Shown here: positions 32,887 through 42,784 of the stretch, one piece after another | Layout of the letters: each line of letters begins with the position of its first letter | Numbering within the stretch: the first letter of the stretch is position 1 | Origin: Naegleria gruberi | Taxonomy: Eukaryota | Reading direction: 5' to 3' (one strand) | Assembly: GCA_000004985.1 (NCBI GenBank) | Contig: GG738878.1 | Length of the DNA stretch: 64,000 bases | Notes under the pieces: generated by a model | What the model saw: only the letters and a program-made list of their open reading frames with translations | Told to the model about the DNA's origin: nothing | Database searches by the model: none | Made by a program: the position numbers and the translations under genes

Positions 32887-34851
32887 TTATTCCAATGTAT
32901 CATTATTAGAAACCAATTGTCTTTGTACCAATTCCTTATATCTACTACCATTAATCATGAGTTGATCGTGTGTACCCTCCTCCACAACCATACCTCCATC
33001 AATTACATAGATGTTATTGGCATTCTTAATTGTAGAGAGACGATGAGCAATTACCAAAACAGTTCTTCCTTCCATTAATCTTTGAAGAGCTTCCTGAACT
33101 TGATGTTCAGCATTGGAATCAAGGGCAGAGGTGGCTTCGTCCAAAATAAGAATCCTTGCTTGTTTCAATATGGCTCTAGCAATGGCAATTCTCTGCTTTT
33201 GTCCACCACTCAATTTAATACCTCTTTCACCGACAGGTGTATCATAACCTTCCGAGAATCCCATAATAAACTCGTGAGCATTGGCCTTAGTTGCAGCATC
33301 AATAATTTCTTCATTGGTTGGAGGAGTGCTTGATTCCCAACCATAACAAATATTCTCTCTAATACTGCAAGAGAACAGAGATGGTTCCTGTTGCACAACA
33401 GCAATATTCTTTCTCAATTCTTTTGGACTGAGTTCTCTAATTGACTTTCCATCAACTAAAATATCACCCTCATTAGGATCATAGAAACGTTGTAATAATG
33501 AGCTAATGGTTGATTTACCATTTCCACTCTTTCCAACCAGAGCATTTACTGTGGAAGGTAACATTTCAATATTAACACCCTTCAAAACAGTTTGTTCAGG
33601 TCGAGATGGATAGGCAAATTGCACATTTCTAAACTCTACATGACCAGAAACTGGTTGATTAGATTCATCCATATCATAATCCATAGTTTGTGCTGATTTT
33701 CCTTGTCTCTTTTCAATTACTGGCACTTGTTTCAATAATTCGTGAACTCTTGCAGTAGCACCAACAGCCTTAACTAATTCGAATAGAACAGAAGAAACAA
33801 CTCCTAAACTAGTGGCCACATAGAATGTATAAATAATAAAGCTGGTCAATAATCCAATTGTAATTTCCTTTTTCAAAACCAATGAACCTCCATACCACAA
33901 AACCAGAATAATACTAGCTGTTGCACAGAAGGTCATTGTACCATTGAAAAATCCACTGCTCACTGAAAGTTTTCTTGCCAATTTCAAAGTGTCATCAATT
34001 GAAACATTGTACTGAGAAACGTGAGTATATTCCTTTGAAAAACTTCTTACAGTTCTCAAATTTGAAAATGATTCCTCAGCAACTTCACTAGATTTAGCCA
34101 ACGCATCTTGAACTTGTTTTGATAATCTCTTTACAATTTTACCATAAATAATTGCACCGAATATAATTGGTGGAATTACTGACATGGTTACCAAAGTTAA
34201 TTTCCAACTTGTGTAAAATAAAAAGAAAACTCCACCAATTGCCTGTAAAACATTTCTCATAAAAAGAAATAGATTTGATGTTACAGCAGCTTCAAGAGAC
34301 TTCGTATCAGAACTCAATCTATTAAGTAATTCACCTGTTTTAGTGGAATCGAAAAAGCTCACATCCTGAATAATCATTGTCTCAAATAATTCCTTTCTCA
34401 ATCCAGCCACAACTCTCTCACCTGCAAATGAAAAGCAAAAGTGTTTAATTGCTGTTGTAATGGCAATTCCAAAAACTGCCAATAACAAGTAAAGAGCTGC
34501 AGTGTTCAAATATTTTTCTCCCTTCTCATCGCCATCTTCAGATGTCAATGCTTGTGGAATGACATCAACAAGGTTTGTCAAGAATAATGGTAAAACAAGT
34601 CCTAAAACTGTACTGATCAACATGGCAACCGTTCCTACCAATAGCAAATGCCATTGAGTGAATCCTAAACCGAGTAACCATTTTAATTGTGAAAGTGAAG
34701 ATCCTCGGAAGAAATTACTAATAAATTTAAGTGGTGATCTTGATGTTGGAATTGTTGGTGATGAAGAGTTATCTTTTTCATGGAGGTTGATATTTTCATT
34801 TGTTCCTTCATTGTTATTATCATCGTCTTCGGAGAGGTGTTGTGGAGGCAT
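32887..34851 (-). CDS. ABC transporter, subfamily B half transporter (TMD-NBD; mitochondrial ABCB10/ATM1/TAP-like)
   Basis: 654-aa single ORF. A six-helix TMD follows an ~70-aa N-terminal extension. The NBD carries Walker A (GKSGNGKST), the signature LSGGQKQRIAIARAIL, Walker B (ILILDEATSALD) and the H-loop (VIAHRLST). Confidence 0.85.
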   Translation of the reverse strand: MPPQHLSEDDDNNNEGTNENINLHEKDNSSSPTIPTSRSPLKFISNFFRGSSLSQLKWLLGLGFTQWHLLLVGTVAMLISTVLGLVLPLFLTNLVDVIPQALTSEDGDEKGEKYLNTAALYLLLAVFGIAITTAIKHFCFSFAGERVVAGLRKELFETMIIQDVSFFDSTKTGELLNRLSSDTKSLEAAVTSNLFLFMRNVLQAIGGVFFLFYTSWKLTLVTMSVIPPIIFGAIIYGKIVKRLSKQVQDALAKSSEVAEESFSNLRTVRSFSKEYTHVSQYNVSIDDTLKLARKLSVSSGFFNGTMTFCATASIILVLWYGGSLVLKKEITIGLLTSFIIYTFYVATSLGVVSSVLFELVKAVGATARVHELLKQVPVIEKRQGKSAQTMDYDMDESNQPVSGHVEFRNVQFAYPSRPEQTVLKGVNIEMLPSTVNALVGKSGNGKSTISSLLQRFYDPNEGDILVDGKSIRELSPKELRKNIAVVQQEPSLFSCSIRENICYGWESSTPPTNEEIIDAATKANAHEFIMGFSEGYDTPVGERGIKLSGGQKQRIAIARAILKQARILILDEATSALDSNAEHQVQEALQRLMEGRTVLVIAHRLSTIKNANNIYVIDGGMVVEEGTHDQLMINGSRYKELVQRQLVSNNDTLE

Positions 34852-35059
34852 TTGTTTACGTATTCTAATTGAAACGAGTTGGGATTTATGCGATATTAAT
34901 AGAAGAATGCCGCACTAGAGGAACTTTTGCTACAGTCCGCTAATTGTACACCATCCAATAGAAAATCGAATGAGCACGAATTCTAATTGGTTCAGAATGT
35001 TGAAGAGGACAAAAACACATTGTTAAATTGAACCAACACGTATTAAAAAATTAGAGGAC

Positions 35060-36810
35060 TTAGAATTTATTTCGTTGAGCGAATTCAAATTGATAGGTTG
35101 TCATCATGTTTGAACCTGGTTGTTTTGTTGGTTGTGGTGTTGTGTTTAAATTTTTTCCAGATCTAGCGAGTGGTTGTTGTGAGGTTGATATCATATTCTT
35201 TCCAATAGTTATTGAGGAATTCATCTTAGGGGCGTCATCAGTTGGTCTTGATCCTCTGGAAGAACACAGTCCAACTCTGAGGTTATCTTCCAATGGCTGA
35301 ATATCAAATGTATTAGGGCTAAACACTTCAAATCTAAATTCTCCTTTTCTATTTGAATACATTGTACATGGAGTAATAACATATTCTCCTTGGTCCAAAT
35401 CAAGCTCAATAGAATTGTATCTAGCATAGACAGGATATTGGAGTAAAGCATTTGGAGAGTTATCAGTTGGAAGAATCTTGTAATTACTATCAGTTCCCTT
35501 ATATACAGCAAATCCAATACCTGATCTATAGTATTGAGCATCAGCATCTTGTGACAAGTATGGACGATAAATAATCAAGAAGAATCTTCCACTCTTTTGC
35601 ACTGTTAAACGGAAATGAGGATTCTTTGCAAAAGCCATATTATTCATCATTCCTCCAGCGCATTCGTTATCCCAAGCACCTTCAACTCTCTTTCTATTCC
35701 AATTTGCATAAGGGAAGGTAAGATTATTCTTCAAATTTGCTTTCAACTTTGATTCCATTGGGAAAGAGAAAATTGAGTCATTTAGCAATCTGCAACAAGT
35801 AATCTTGTCATAATAGGTGCAAAAGTCTTTGAATTCCATCCAGAAAATACCGTCATCCTTTGTATCGGCACCCATTTCCTTTCTATATTGGAAAGTCCAA
35901 TTACGAGAAGCATCACTCCAAGGACCCTTCCATTCAAATTGACCCCACGGATTTCTCAATTTTATCAATTTGAATTTCTTGTCACTAGTTTCTCTAACAT
36001 CAAGGATGGCATAGGCGTGGCCAGCAACCAAACCCTTAGATTCATCTGTTGTTTGTCCTCTTGAAGAAGAGATACCAGTTCCCATCAAGACATTCTCAGT
36101 ACTGTATTGAACAAGCTTATCCCACAAACGATCCTTTCTCCATGGTTGCTTACCTGGATTTTGTGACCAGTTATTGACATAGAGTCTTTCAGGTCTTCCT
36201 CCAGTGAGCATTACAACACCTTCTTCAAGATAACCACCATCAAGAGCTTCATAAGATCCCAACAATTTGGCAAGAGCCTTTTCAAGAATGCAAACCCAGA
36301 TTTCATTCTTTAATGTATTGTGACCGAATGCAGGAAGTCCATCCTTACCACACGGAATTCTGTCATCAATAGTAACTGTCTTCCATTCATGTTGATAGTA
36401 AAATCTGACAGTATATCTTCCTTCAGCTTCGTTAGCTTCAACAAAAAGTCTTTGAAGAACATCAGGAATTACAGAAACTACAGTTAAGGCTGACAACCAC
36501 CAACAATCACCTAATTAATTTTTTAAATAAATCGGGATGAAAGCAAAAAACATACCTAATTGCCCTTGTTCAACATCACCAGGATTAGTTGAGTCAACAA
36601 ACAAGGAAGGAGTTCTTGTCCATTGGCTCGGTCTTTTCCATGATGTTACGGAAGCAACAAATTCAGGAACAGTTCCATCAGGCTAATACAAGTTGTTTAA
36701 AAAATACAATAAATTATCATCAATAAGACCGTTATGATTCCTACTCGTCAACTTACATCATAGCAGAGAGAAGATTTATCTGCTGGAAAAACGTCGTCAA
36801 TGTAAGGCAT
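35060..36810 (-). CDS. calpain-like cysteine protease (catalytic domain plus domain-III-like C-terminus); 3 exons 36747..36810, 36556..36682, 35060..36510
   Basis: Exon 1 is MPYIDDVFPADKSSLCYD, followed by GTAAGT. Exon 2 is PDGTVPEFVASVTSWKRPSQWTRTPSLFVDSTNPGDVEQGQL, followed by GTATGT. Exon 3 begins (G)DCWWLSALTVVS, the active-site Cys motif QGxLGDCW, and later has ..GLVAGHAYAILDV.. (His) and ..LRNPWGQFEWKGPWSD.. (Asn). Phases 0 and 1 were checked. Confidence 0.8.
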
Positions 36811-37613
36811 TATTTTTTTTGATTTGATTTTTTTAAAGTTGCTACCAAACTGTAATTTTGATTTTAAAAATGGCGCCTTTTAATTGGCGGTTATGAACTT
36901 GACCATCAGCAATAGAAATTCCCTTATCATTCTCTATCCCTTATCCATAGAGAAACAGTAAGATTCAATATTGGTCATTGAGAAAGATGATACTTGAATA
37001 TTTCGATAATAACAAAGTAAAGTATAACACCTCCACCTCACTATTTGAACAAATATAAGGTGTTGAACCAACCCATTCCAATATTTACTCGCTATTCAAG
37101 AGCAGAAACTACATTGCTTAATGGTTGATGATGTGTTTATTGAAGAAATTTCTCGGTTTTCATCATTAATATAATTAATATTCAGTTCAAATTCCATCCA
37201 ACAATGAAGATATTTTATTATTAAAACGACAGTATTATTTTATTGAACATTAATCAATAATATGGGCCATATACAAACCAACAAATAATCAACGACCTAA
37301 TTGTTGGCCTATTACGGAAGCTTCACAAAATACCCATTGTAAAATAACAAAAACACTTTACAACAAAATTTGTTCGCGTTTGGCAATTTTCGTCATCACA
37401 CACCAGCTAATAACTCACTCTCTTCACATAAAAATTTTTTTGTAAAACTTTACGCATTTCAAACAAAAAGAGCAAAAGGCCAGCGCCAAATCTATTGTTC
37501 CCGAAGAAGAAACATTATTGTTCTCTCTCACACATAGTGTTGTTCATCAAACTACACACCCAACATCTCTTACAGTTTCACCCCAAGTTTGAAGTGTTGA
37601 TGAAGAATTTAAT

Positions 37614-40283
37614 ATGCTTCTCTCTACTTCCAACCCTACACCATCATCACAAGTGACGGTGAAAAAGAGTGGTGAAAATATGTTGTTCAACAATTCAACC
37701 TTCACCAACAACAGCAGCAATACCCCAAACTCTTCAGAAGAGCAAAAAAGTAGTACTAGCCATGTGATTTCATCCTCTTTATCACCTCTTGCACTCCAAC
37801 CAATAACTACAACACCCAACCATCAATCAAAGCCTATGTCTATGGAGGTTTTGTCATCTTCTTATCCACAACAACATGAATCAAAGCCTTCTTCCGATAG
37901 TATCATACCACCACCAAGAATGCAACCTCCAACAACAACAAACTTTCCCATCATTACAAGCTCTAACCCATCTATTCGTTCCACAACAACAGGTCATCCA
38001 ACTTTTCACAGTTCTTTCCCTATTATGACCAATAACTTTTTGGCTCCTCCTCTCTTCTCTTCTTCAAAAATTCATTCTACTAGTTCCGTTCCAACTATTA
38101 CCACCTTACAAAGCTCTTCTGTGAGTCCAAATTCACTAATTTCCTCTATCAATAATACACCAACAAAATCTAGTTTGGATAATGTACCAAAGCCTGTACC
38201 AACTGCTTCCTCAATTCTTGCACCATCACTTTCTCTCATTGAAACAGAGTCTATTTCACCTCAACCTATTAGAGTTTCAACAATTTTGTCCAGTTTTAAT
38301 ACCCCATCCGATTCAAGTAAATCAGCAATAGGTAATAGTAACAATAGTTCAAACTCTCAAACAGAGTCTGTTTCCACAACTACTACTCCAAAGATTACAC
38401 GTGTAAGGAAACTCACACCAAGAAGAGTTCCTGACCTTCCTCTGCAGCAGGAGCAACAAGCTGGTACAACAAAACAAGCAAGTGAGCCAACAACACCAAC
38501 CAAGGAACAACCTACAAGAACAGAAGCTGAATCAAACCCTTTCACTACACTTTATTCTAAACCTCTTTCCTCCTTTCCACTTCATCATCCTTCTTCCTCA
38601 ATGAGTGGCAGCAGTTTTTCACCATTTCCTCCTCCAACATCACATTCCAGATTAGTGAGTCCTTCAACGCCATCACCAATAAGCCTTTGGCCAAGCACTA
38701 CTGTTACAACTAGCACTTCGGCAACACCTAATAAGCATATAGTCCCTCCTCCACTATTACCACCTCTTAATGTTTCTCCTCCCAACACAAAGAAGAGAAG
38801 AACCAATAGCCAAGAAAGCGTAGGAGCCAGTCTTCAGCCATTAACACCATTAACACCACCAACACCATCAGCTCAATTTCCATTCCCTTCAGTTAGATTG
38901 TCAAGTGCTACACCACCACCAGGATATGTTCCTCCTCCTCCTTTCCCTATTTCATCAGCTTCACTTATTCCAGTAGTAAAATCAAATGTGATTGGACCTC
39001 CTGAAAGAAAGGTTTCTAGCAATACTCCACCGCCAGAGGCAAAACCAAAGAAAAAGGAAAATATGGTTGGTTGTAACAGTATCAGAATACCATTCAGATC
39101 TTGGATGAAGACTCTTGATACTCTATCAGCACCAAGCCTTAGAGCTGTACAGGAACGAGTCACCCAATTGTTGGAAAAGAAGGAAGAAGAAAAGAAGAAG
39201 AATCTACTAGCAAAGCAACAGAAACAAGAAACATCCTCTTCTTCAAATCGAACAACCAAATTGAGTTGTAGTAACGATACTTTGTCATTACTCTCTACAG
39301 ACTTATCTAGTATTGATACGCTTGCTATTCTTGCATTGGCTGATTCACCTCCTTCTCCTACTTTGGCTAAATCTAGTGAACTGATATCTGAATCTGTTGA
39401 ACTATTCTCTAAAAGTCCAGATAAATCAATGATGATTGAATCTGATGATTCTGAGGAGGAATCTGAGGAAGAAATTGATATTAATCTCAAGATTGCTCAA
39501 GCTGAACCTTTTGTTAGAGAATATTCTGGTAATGGATTTATCTATCCTGGTAGAAGGGGAGCCAAGTCACAACGAGTGAGACTACCAATTTGTTTCTACC
39601 CAAGCATGAAAAGTGTTTTAGCCTCAGAAAGCAGCGCTGAAACATTTGTTGAAGGTGAAGATTCTATCAATCCTGTCATTGATTTGGAGCATCATTTGGA
39701 ATTTTTCATTGACGATTCTGACAGAAAGTTGTATAACTCTATTAGGGGATTGCATCTCGTGCTGCTCAAGAGGATCAGTAAGACTGTCTATATTGAGGAG
39801 AGTAGTGTACTCGTTCAAAGAAGTTCTAGATCAGATGATGGTGGATATAACTTTTCCATTATCAATCAAACAAGTCTCCACCCTCCTTTACCAGGACAAA
39901 GACAAGCCGACTATTCTCTTCTCCTTGTTGAACCAAGAGGTAAACGTAGGAATGCTCAAGATGTCGATAAGGTCAATAGATATTGTGAAATTATTCATGA
40001 ACAAGGCAATCAATGCAAGATTCGTGTTGGATTTAGAATTTGTAAAGCTCAAAAGAAAAAGCATACTAAAGGTGTTTACTTGTTGAGACTAGTAGCTTGT
40101 ATATCCGATGAAGCAGAGATTAAATTTGATTCCTCAAATCAACCAATTAATGGTGTTATGAAAGTATTGGAAGAAAGTGAACTATTCAAGATTGTATCTC
40201 GAAGAGTTACTGCTAACAGTAAGCCAACAGCAAGTCTCAAACGGAAGATGGATGATGATGAAGTAGATTCATCTTCTGAATAA
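37614..40283 (+). CDS. large S/T/P-rich hypothetical protein with ~250-aa structured C-terminal domain of unknown family
   Basis: 889-aa single ORF. The first ~480 aa are mucin-like S/T/P low complexity. The C-terminus (..FIYPGRRGAKSQRVRLPICFYPS..LEHHLEFFIDDSDRKLYNSIRGLHLVLLKRISKTVYIEESSVLV..CKIRVGFRICKAQKKKHTKGVYLLRLVACISDEAEIKF..) looks globular and was not recognised. Confidence 0.5.
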   Translation: MLLSTSNPTPSSQVTVKKSGENMLFNNSTFTNNSSNTPNSSEEQKSSTSHVISSSLSPLALQPITTTPNHQSKPMSMEVLSSSYPQQHESKPSSDSIIPPPRMQPPTTTNFPIITSSNPSIRSTTTGHPTFHSSFPIMTNNFLAPPLFSSSKIHSTSSVPTITTLQSSSVSPNSLISSINNTPTKSSLDNVPKPVPTASSILAPSLSLIETESISPQPIRVSTILSSFNTPSDSSKSAIGNSNNSSNSQTESVSTTTTPKITRVRKLTPRRVPDLPLQQEQQAGTTKQASEPTTPTKEQPTRTEAESNPFTTLYSKPLSSFPLHHPSSSMSGSSFSPFPPPTSHSRLVSPSTPSPISLWPSTTVTTSTSATPNKHIVPPPLLPPLNVSPPNTKKRRTNSQESVGASLQPLTPLTPPTPSAQFPFPSVRLSSATPPPGYVPPPPFPISSASLIPVVKSNVIGPPERKVSSNTPPPEAKPKKKENMVGCNSIRIPFRSWMKTLDTLSAPSLRAVQERVTQLLEKKEEEKKKNLLAKQQKQETSSSSNRTTKLSCSNDTLSLLSTDLSSIDTLAILALADSPPSPTLAKSSELISESVELFSKSPDKSMMIESDDSEEESEEEIDINLKIAQAEPFVREYSGNGFIYPGRRGAKSQRVRLPICFYPSMKSVLASESSAETFVEGEDSINPVIDLEHHLEFFIDDSDRKLYNSIRGLHLVLLKRISKTVYIEESSVLVQRSSRSDDGGYNFSIINQTSLHPPLPGQRQADYSLLLVEPRGKRRNAQDVDKVNRYCEIIHEQGNQCKIRVGFRICKAQKKKHTKGVYLLRLVACISDEAEIKFDSSNQPINGVMKVLEESELFKIVSRRVTANSKPTASLKRKMDDDEVDSSSE

Positions 40284-40379
40284 ATCATCTCTGTACATTT
40301 GTAACGGTAATAATAATAGATTGTTCAAACTGTTTTAAACCGCCTACATAATTTACAGTAATTAAATCAACTTAAAAAA

Positions 40380-40685
40380 ATGAGTAGAAAGCAAGGTATT
40401 GAACCAAAATTCATTGTCGATGATAGAGGACATATCATTGATAAGGAGAAACATGCAAAGCCCGGAACTTCATTCCCTCAAACTACTGGCCAACCACTTG
40501 CTCAATCAAGCTTTTCCTTTACTCCAGTCGGCTATCAAGGTTATGGCGTGAGACCAAATCATGTTATTCTTGGAACAAGACCTCAAGTTGGTGAGACTAA
40601 TCCTCAAGCCCACCACTTTCTCCACAAACATGAAAACAACAAGACATTTGGTTATTCCACTGCCAAGTTAAATTCTTTGAAATAA
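40380..40685 (+). CDS. small hypothetical protein (101 aa)
   Basis: Isolated ORF with balanced composition (MSRKQGIEPKFIVDDRGHIIDKEKHAKPG...). No domain was recognised. Confidence 0.3.
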   Translation: MSRKQGIEPKFIVDDRGHIIDKEKHAKPGTSFPQTTGQPLAQSSFSFTPVGYQGYGVRPNHVILGTRPQVGETNPQAHHFLHKHENNKTFGYSTAKLNSLK

Positions 40686-40961
40686 TTATTTTGATATCAT
40701 TCAATACGGAATCACATTAATTTGAAGAGACAATAATATCAAATAGTATATTGAAAATTATTTAAATTTACTCATCACACCACCTAGGAAATTGTAGATA
40801 TTGTAAATAAAATTCTCACTACTTCATGATGAGTAATGAGAATGAATAACCCATGAATAGTTACTTTCGCATTTTCAACAATCGGTGTTTATTACCAAGA
40901 AAGTACTGGCCATGACAGAATATCCACACTAAAAAAAACAAAGAAGAAACACTCTGAGATC

Positions 40962-42767
40962 ATGCTTTCTCTAGATTCACCCAAACATCAGCAACAACAC
41001 CATGATGATATCTATCTGCAGGATTTCAACAATGATGGCGAACATTATTCGAATAATAGAAATCATCATCAACAACAATTTTATTACAATTCACCTCCCA
41101 TTACAACAACAAATATTCTCAACGAGTCGACAAGTAGTGTTGCCTCTAATTTAATAACATCATCACCCGATCACAATAATTTAAATGATGGAATAAGTGG
41201 CAGATTTTCCAACAAATCAAATTCCTCCTCTCAACAAGCTTTATTTTCCTCATCACCCCAAAACAATAAGAATAGAAAAAACAATTCAAAACAACAATCA
41301 ACGAAAGAATTTAAGGATCGTTTACTAAATTTAAAAGCAGCAGAATCCAAAGATCAACCCAGTGAAATTTATAGGAATCTCACAAAGCGAGAGAGGTTTA
41401 ATATAACGTGTTGTGGAGTGGTTGTGGCAGGTGTGGTGGTGATTGTCTTGACAATACTGACTGTATTTGTAGTTTATTATTTGGAGGTGTATCGGATTGA
41501 TTCGAATAGGAGGATGGGTTATGAGAAAGTGGAACTTGCTGAGAGAAATATTGGTAAACAACTTACAAAAACATTTAATTCATTGTTGGTAATGAGGGAT
41601 CAAGCGCAGAATTGGAATTATTCAATTAGTTTGGAAAAGTTTAATGGACTTTCGGCTAGATTAGCTTGGGGACATCATGAAGTTTACAATTTCGAATATG
41701 CAATTGGAGAAAATGCATCACTGGATTATGTCTATCCTCCAGTGGATGCTGTTTATGGATTACAAATGGGAGCTGACTCATCAACTCACAAATCAGCCAT
41801 GAATGAAGCCATCCAAAAAAACGAAACTACAATTTTTGGACCTATTTCACTAATTGAGGGTGGAGTAGCTGTCATTGCTCAACATCCAATATTTTATTTG
41901 AATGGAAGTTTTTTTGGATTTGCTGTCGAGCTCTGTAGAGTTGACCAATTATTCAATTCGATTAATTTTACAGGACTTTTACAAGGTTATCAATATCAAT
42001 TATTTGATTATTATAGAAATTCTGTGTTTTTACAAAGTTTGGATGGACATTCAGAGTTTGAACCAACGATTGAAAGAAATGTTTCAATCATTTCTGATAG
42101 TATTTATGCGAATATTTCAGTTTATAATTGTAGATGGAAGATTATTCTTCGACCTGTCAATGGATGGGACTCTAATTCAATTTTGTGGCTTGAGATATTG
42201 ATTGCCTTACTGATTATTTTTTTACCGTCCATAACTATTGGTGTTTTGGCATCAGTTGTTGTTAATTCATGTAATTGGTTAGGTAATCATGGAAAGGTGG
42301 CGGATGTTTTGGATAAAGTCAGAAATCAACACGTAAAAAAAGAGCAGAAAAAGGCCATGCTTAAGGAGGATTGGGAAGCATGTTGTGAGTGTTTTAATGA
42401 GAGAACTGACAAGATTCAAAGAATTGTTAATCATTTACCAATGGCTGCAATTTCAGCCTCTCTGGATGGAAAAATTTATTCTGTGAATGCGGCCTTGACG
42501 AAATATTTTGGCTATGATTCGAATAGAATCCTAGAAATTAAGCTCAATGATATGTTTGTGGATTTTAATATTAAGGAAATATATAATAATCGAAAGGGAA
42601 AAGGCCATTTCACACACTCGGCAACAATCATGTCAACAAATCAAGAAGCACACCAAGTAATAATTAATATTTTATTTAGCGAGAATTCTAAGGAAGTATC
42701 AGTTCTGATTTTCATTCCTTGCTTGGACAAGGGGGAAAAAAGTACAAGTTTGGAAACAGTTGATTAA
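40962..42767 (+). CDS. sensor-like membrane protein: TM1 - ~230-aa extracytoplasmic CHASE-like ligand-binding domain - TM2 - cytoplasmic PAS-like domain; no catalytic output domain
   Basis: 601 aa. TM1 is ITCCGVVVAGVVVIVLTILTVFVVYYL. The extracellular segment is ..WGHHEVYNFEYAIGENASLDYVYPPVDAVYGLQMGADSS..TIFGPISLIEGGVAVIAQHPIFYLNGSFFGFAVELCRVDQLF... TM2 is ILWLEILIALLIIFLPSITIGVLASVVV. The PAS-like segment is ..RIVNHLPMAAISASLDGKIYSVNAALTKYFGYDSNRILEIKLNDMFVD... The CHASE assignment rests on this architecture and is not a verified match. Confidence 0.55.
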   Translation: MLSLDSPKHQQQHHDDIYLQDFNNDGEHYSNNRNHHQQQFYYNSPPITTTNILNESTSSVASNLITSSPDHNNLNDGISGRFSNKSNSSSQQALFSSSPQNNKNRKNNSKQQSTKEFKDRLLNLKAAESKDQPSEIYRNLTKRERFNITCCGVVVAGVVVIVLTILTVFVVYYLEVYRIDSNRRMGYEKVELAERNIGKQLTKTFNSLLVMRDQAQNWNYSISLEKFNGLSARLAWGHHEVYNFEYAIGENASLDYVYPPVDAVYGLQMGADSSTHKSAMNEAIQKNETTIFGPISLIEGGVAVIAQHPIFYLNGSFFGFAVELCRVDQLFNSINFTGLLQGYQYQLFDYYRNSVFLQSLDGHSEFEPTIERNVSIISDSIYANISVYNCRWKIILRPVNGWDSNSILWLEILIALLIIFLPSITIGVLASVVVNSCNWLGNHGKVADVLDKVRNQHVKKEQKKAMLKEDWEACCECFNERTDKIQRIVNHLPMAAISASLDGKIYSVNAALTKYFGYDSNRILEIKLNDMFVDFNIKEIYNNRKGKGHFTHSATIMSTNQEAHQVIINILFSENSKEVSVLIFIPCLDKGEKSTSLETVD

Positions 42768-42784
42768 TTCAATTACAAACTTAT

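Noticed and set aside
38873-39490. 205-aa minus-strand ORF, Ser/Gly-rich
   Set aside because: It lies antisense to, and fully inside, the S/T/P-rich 889-aa gene. Low-complexity codon usage on the sense strand automatically produces open antisense frames.
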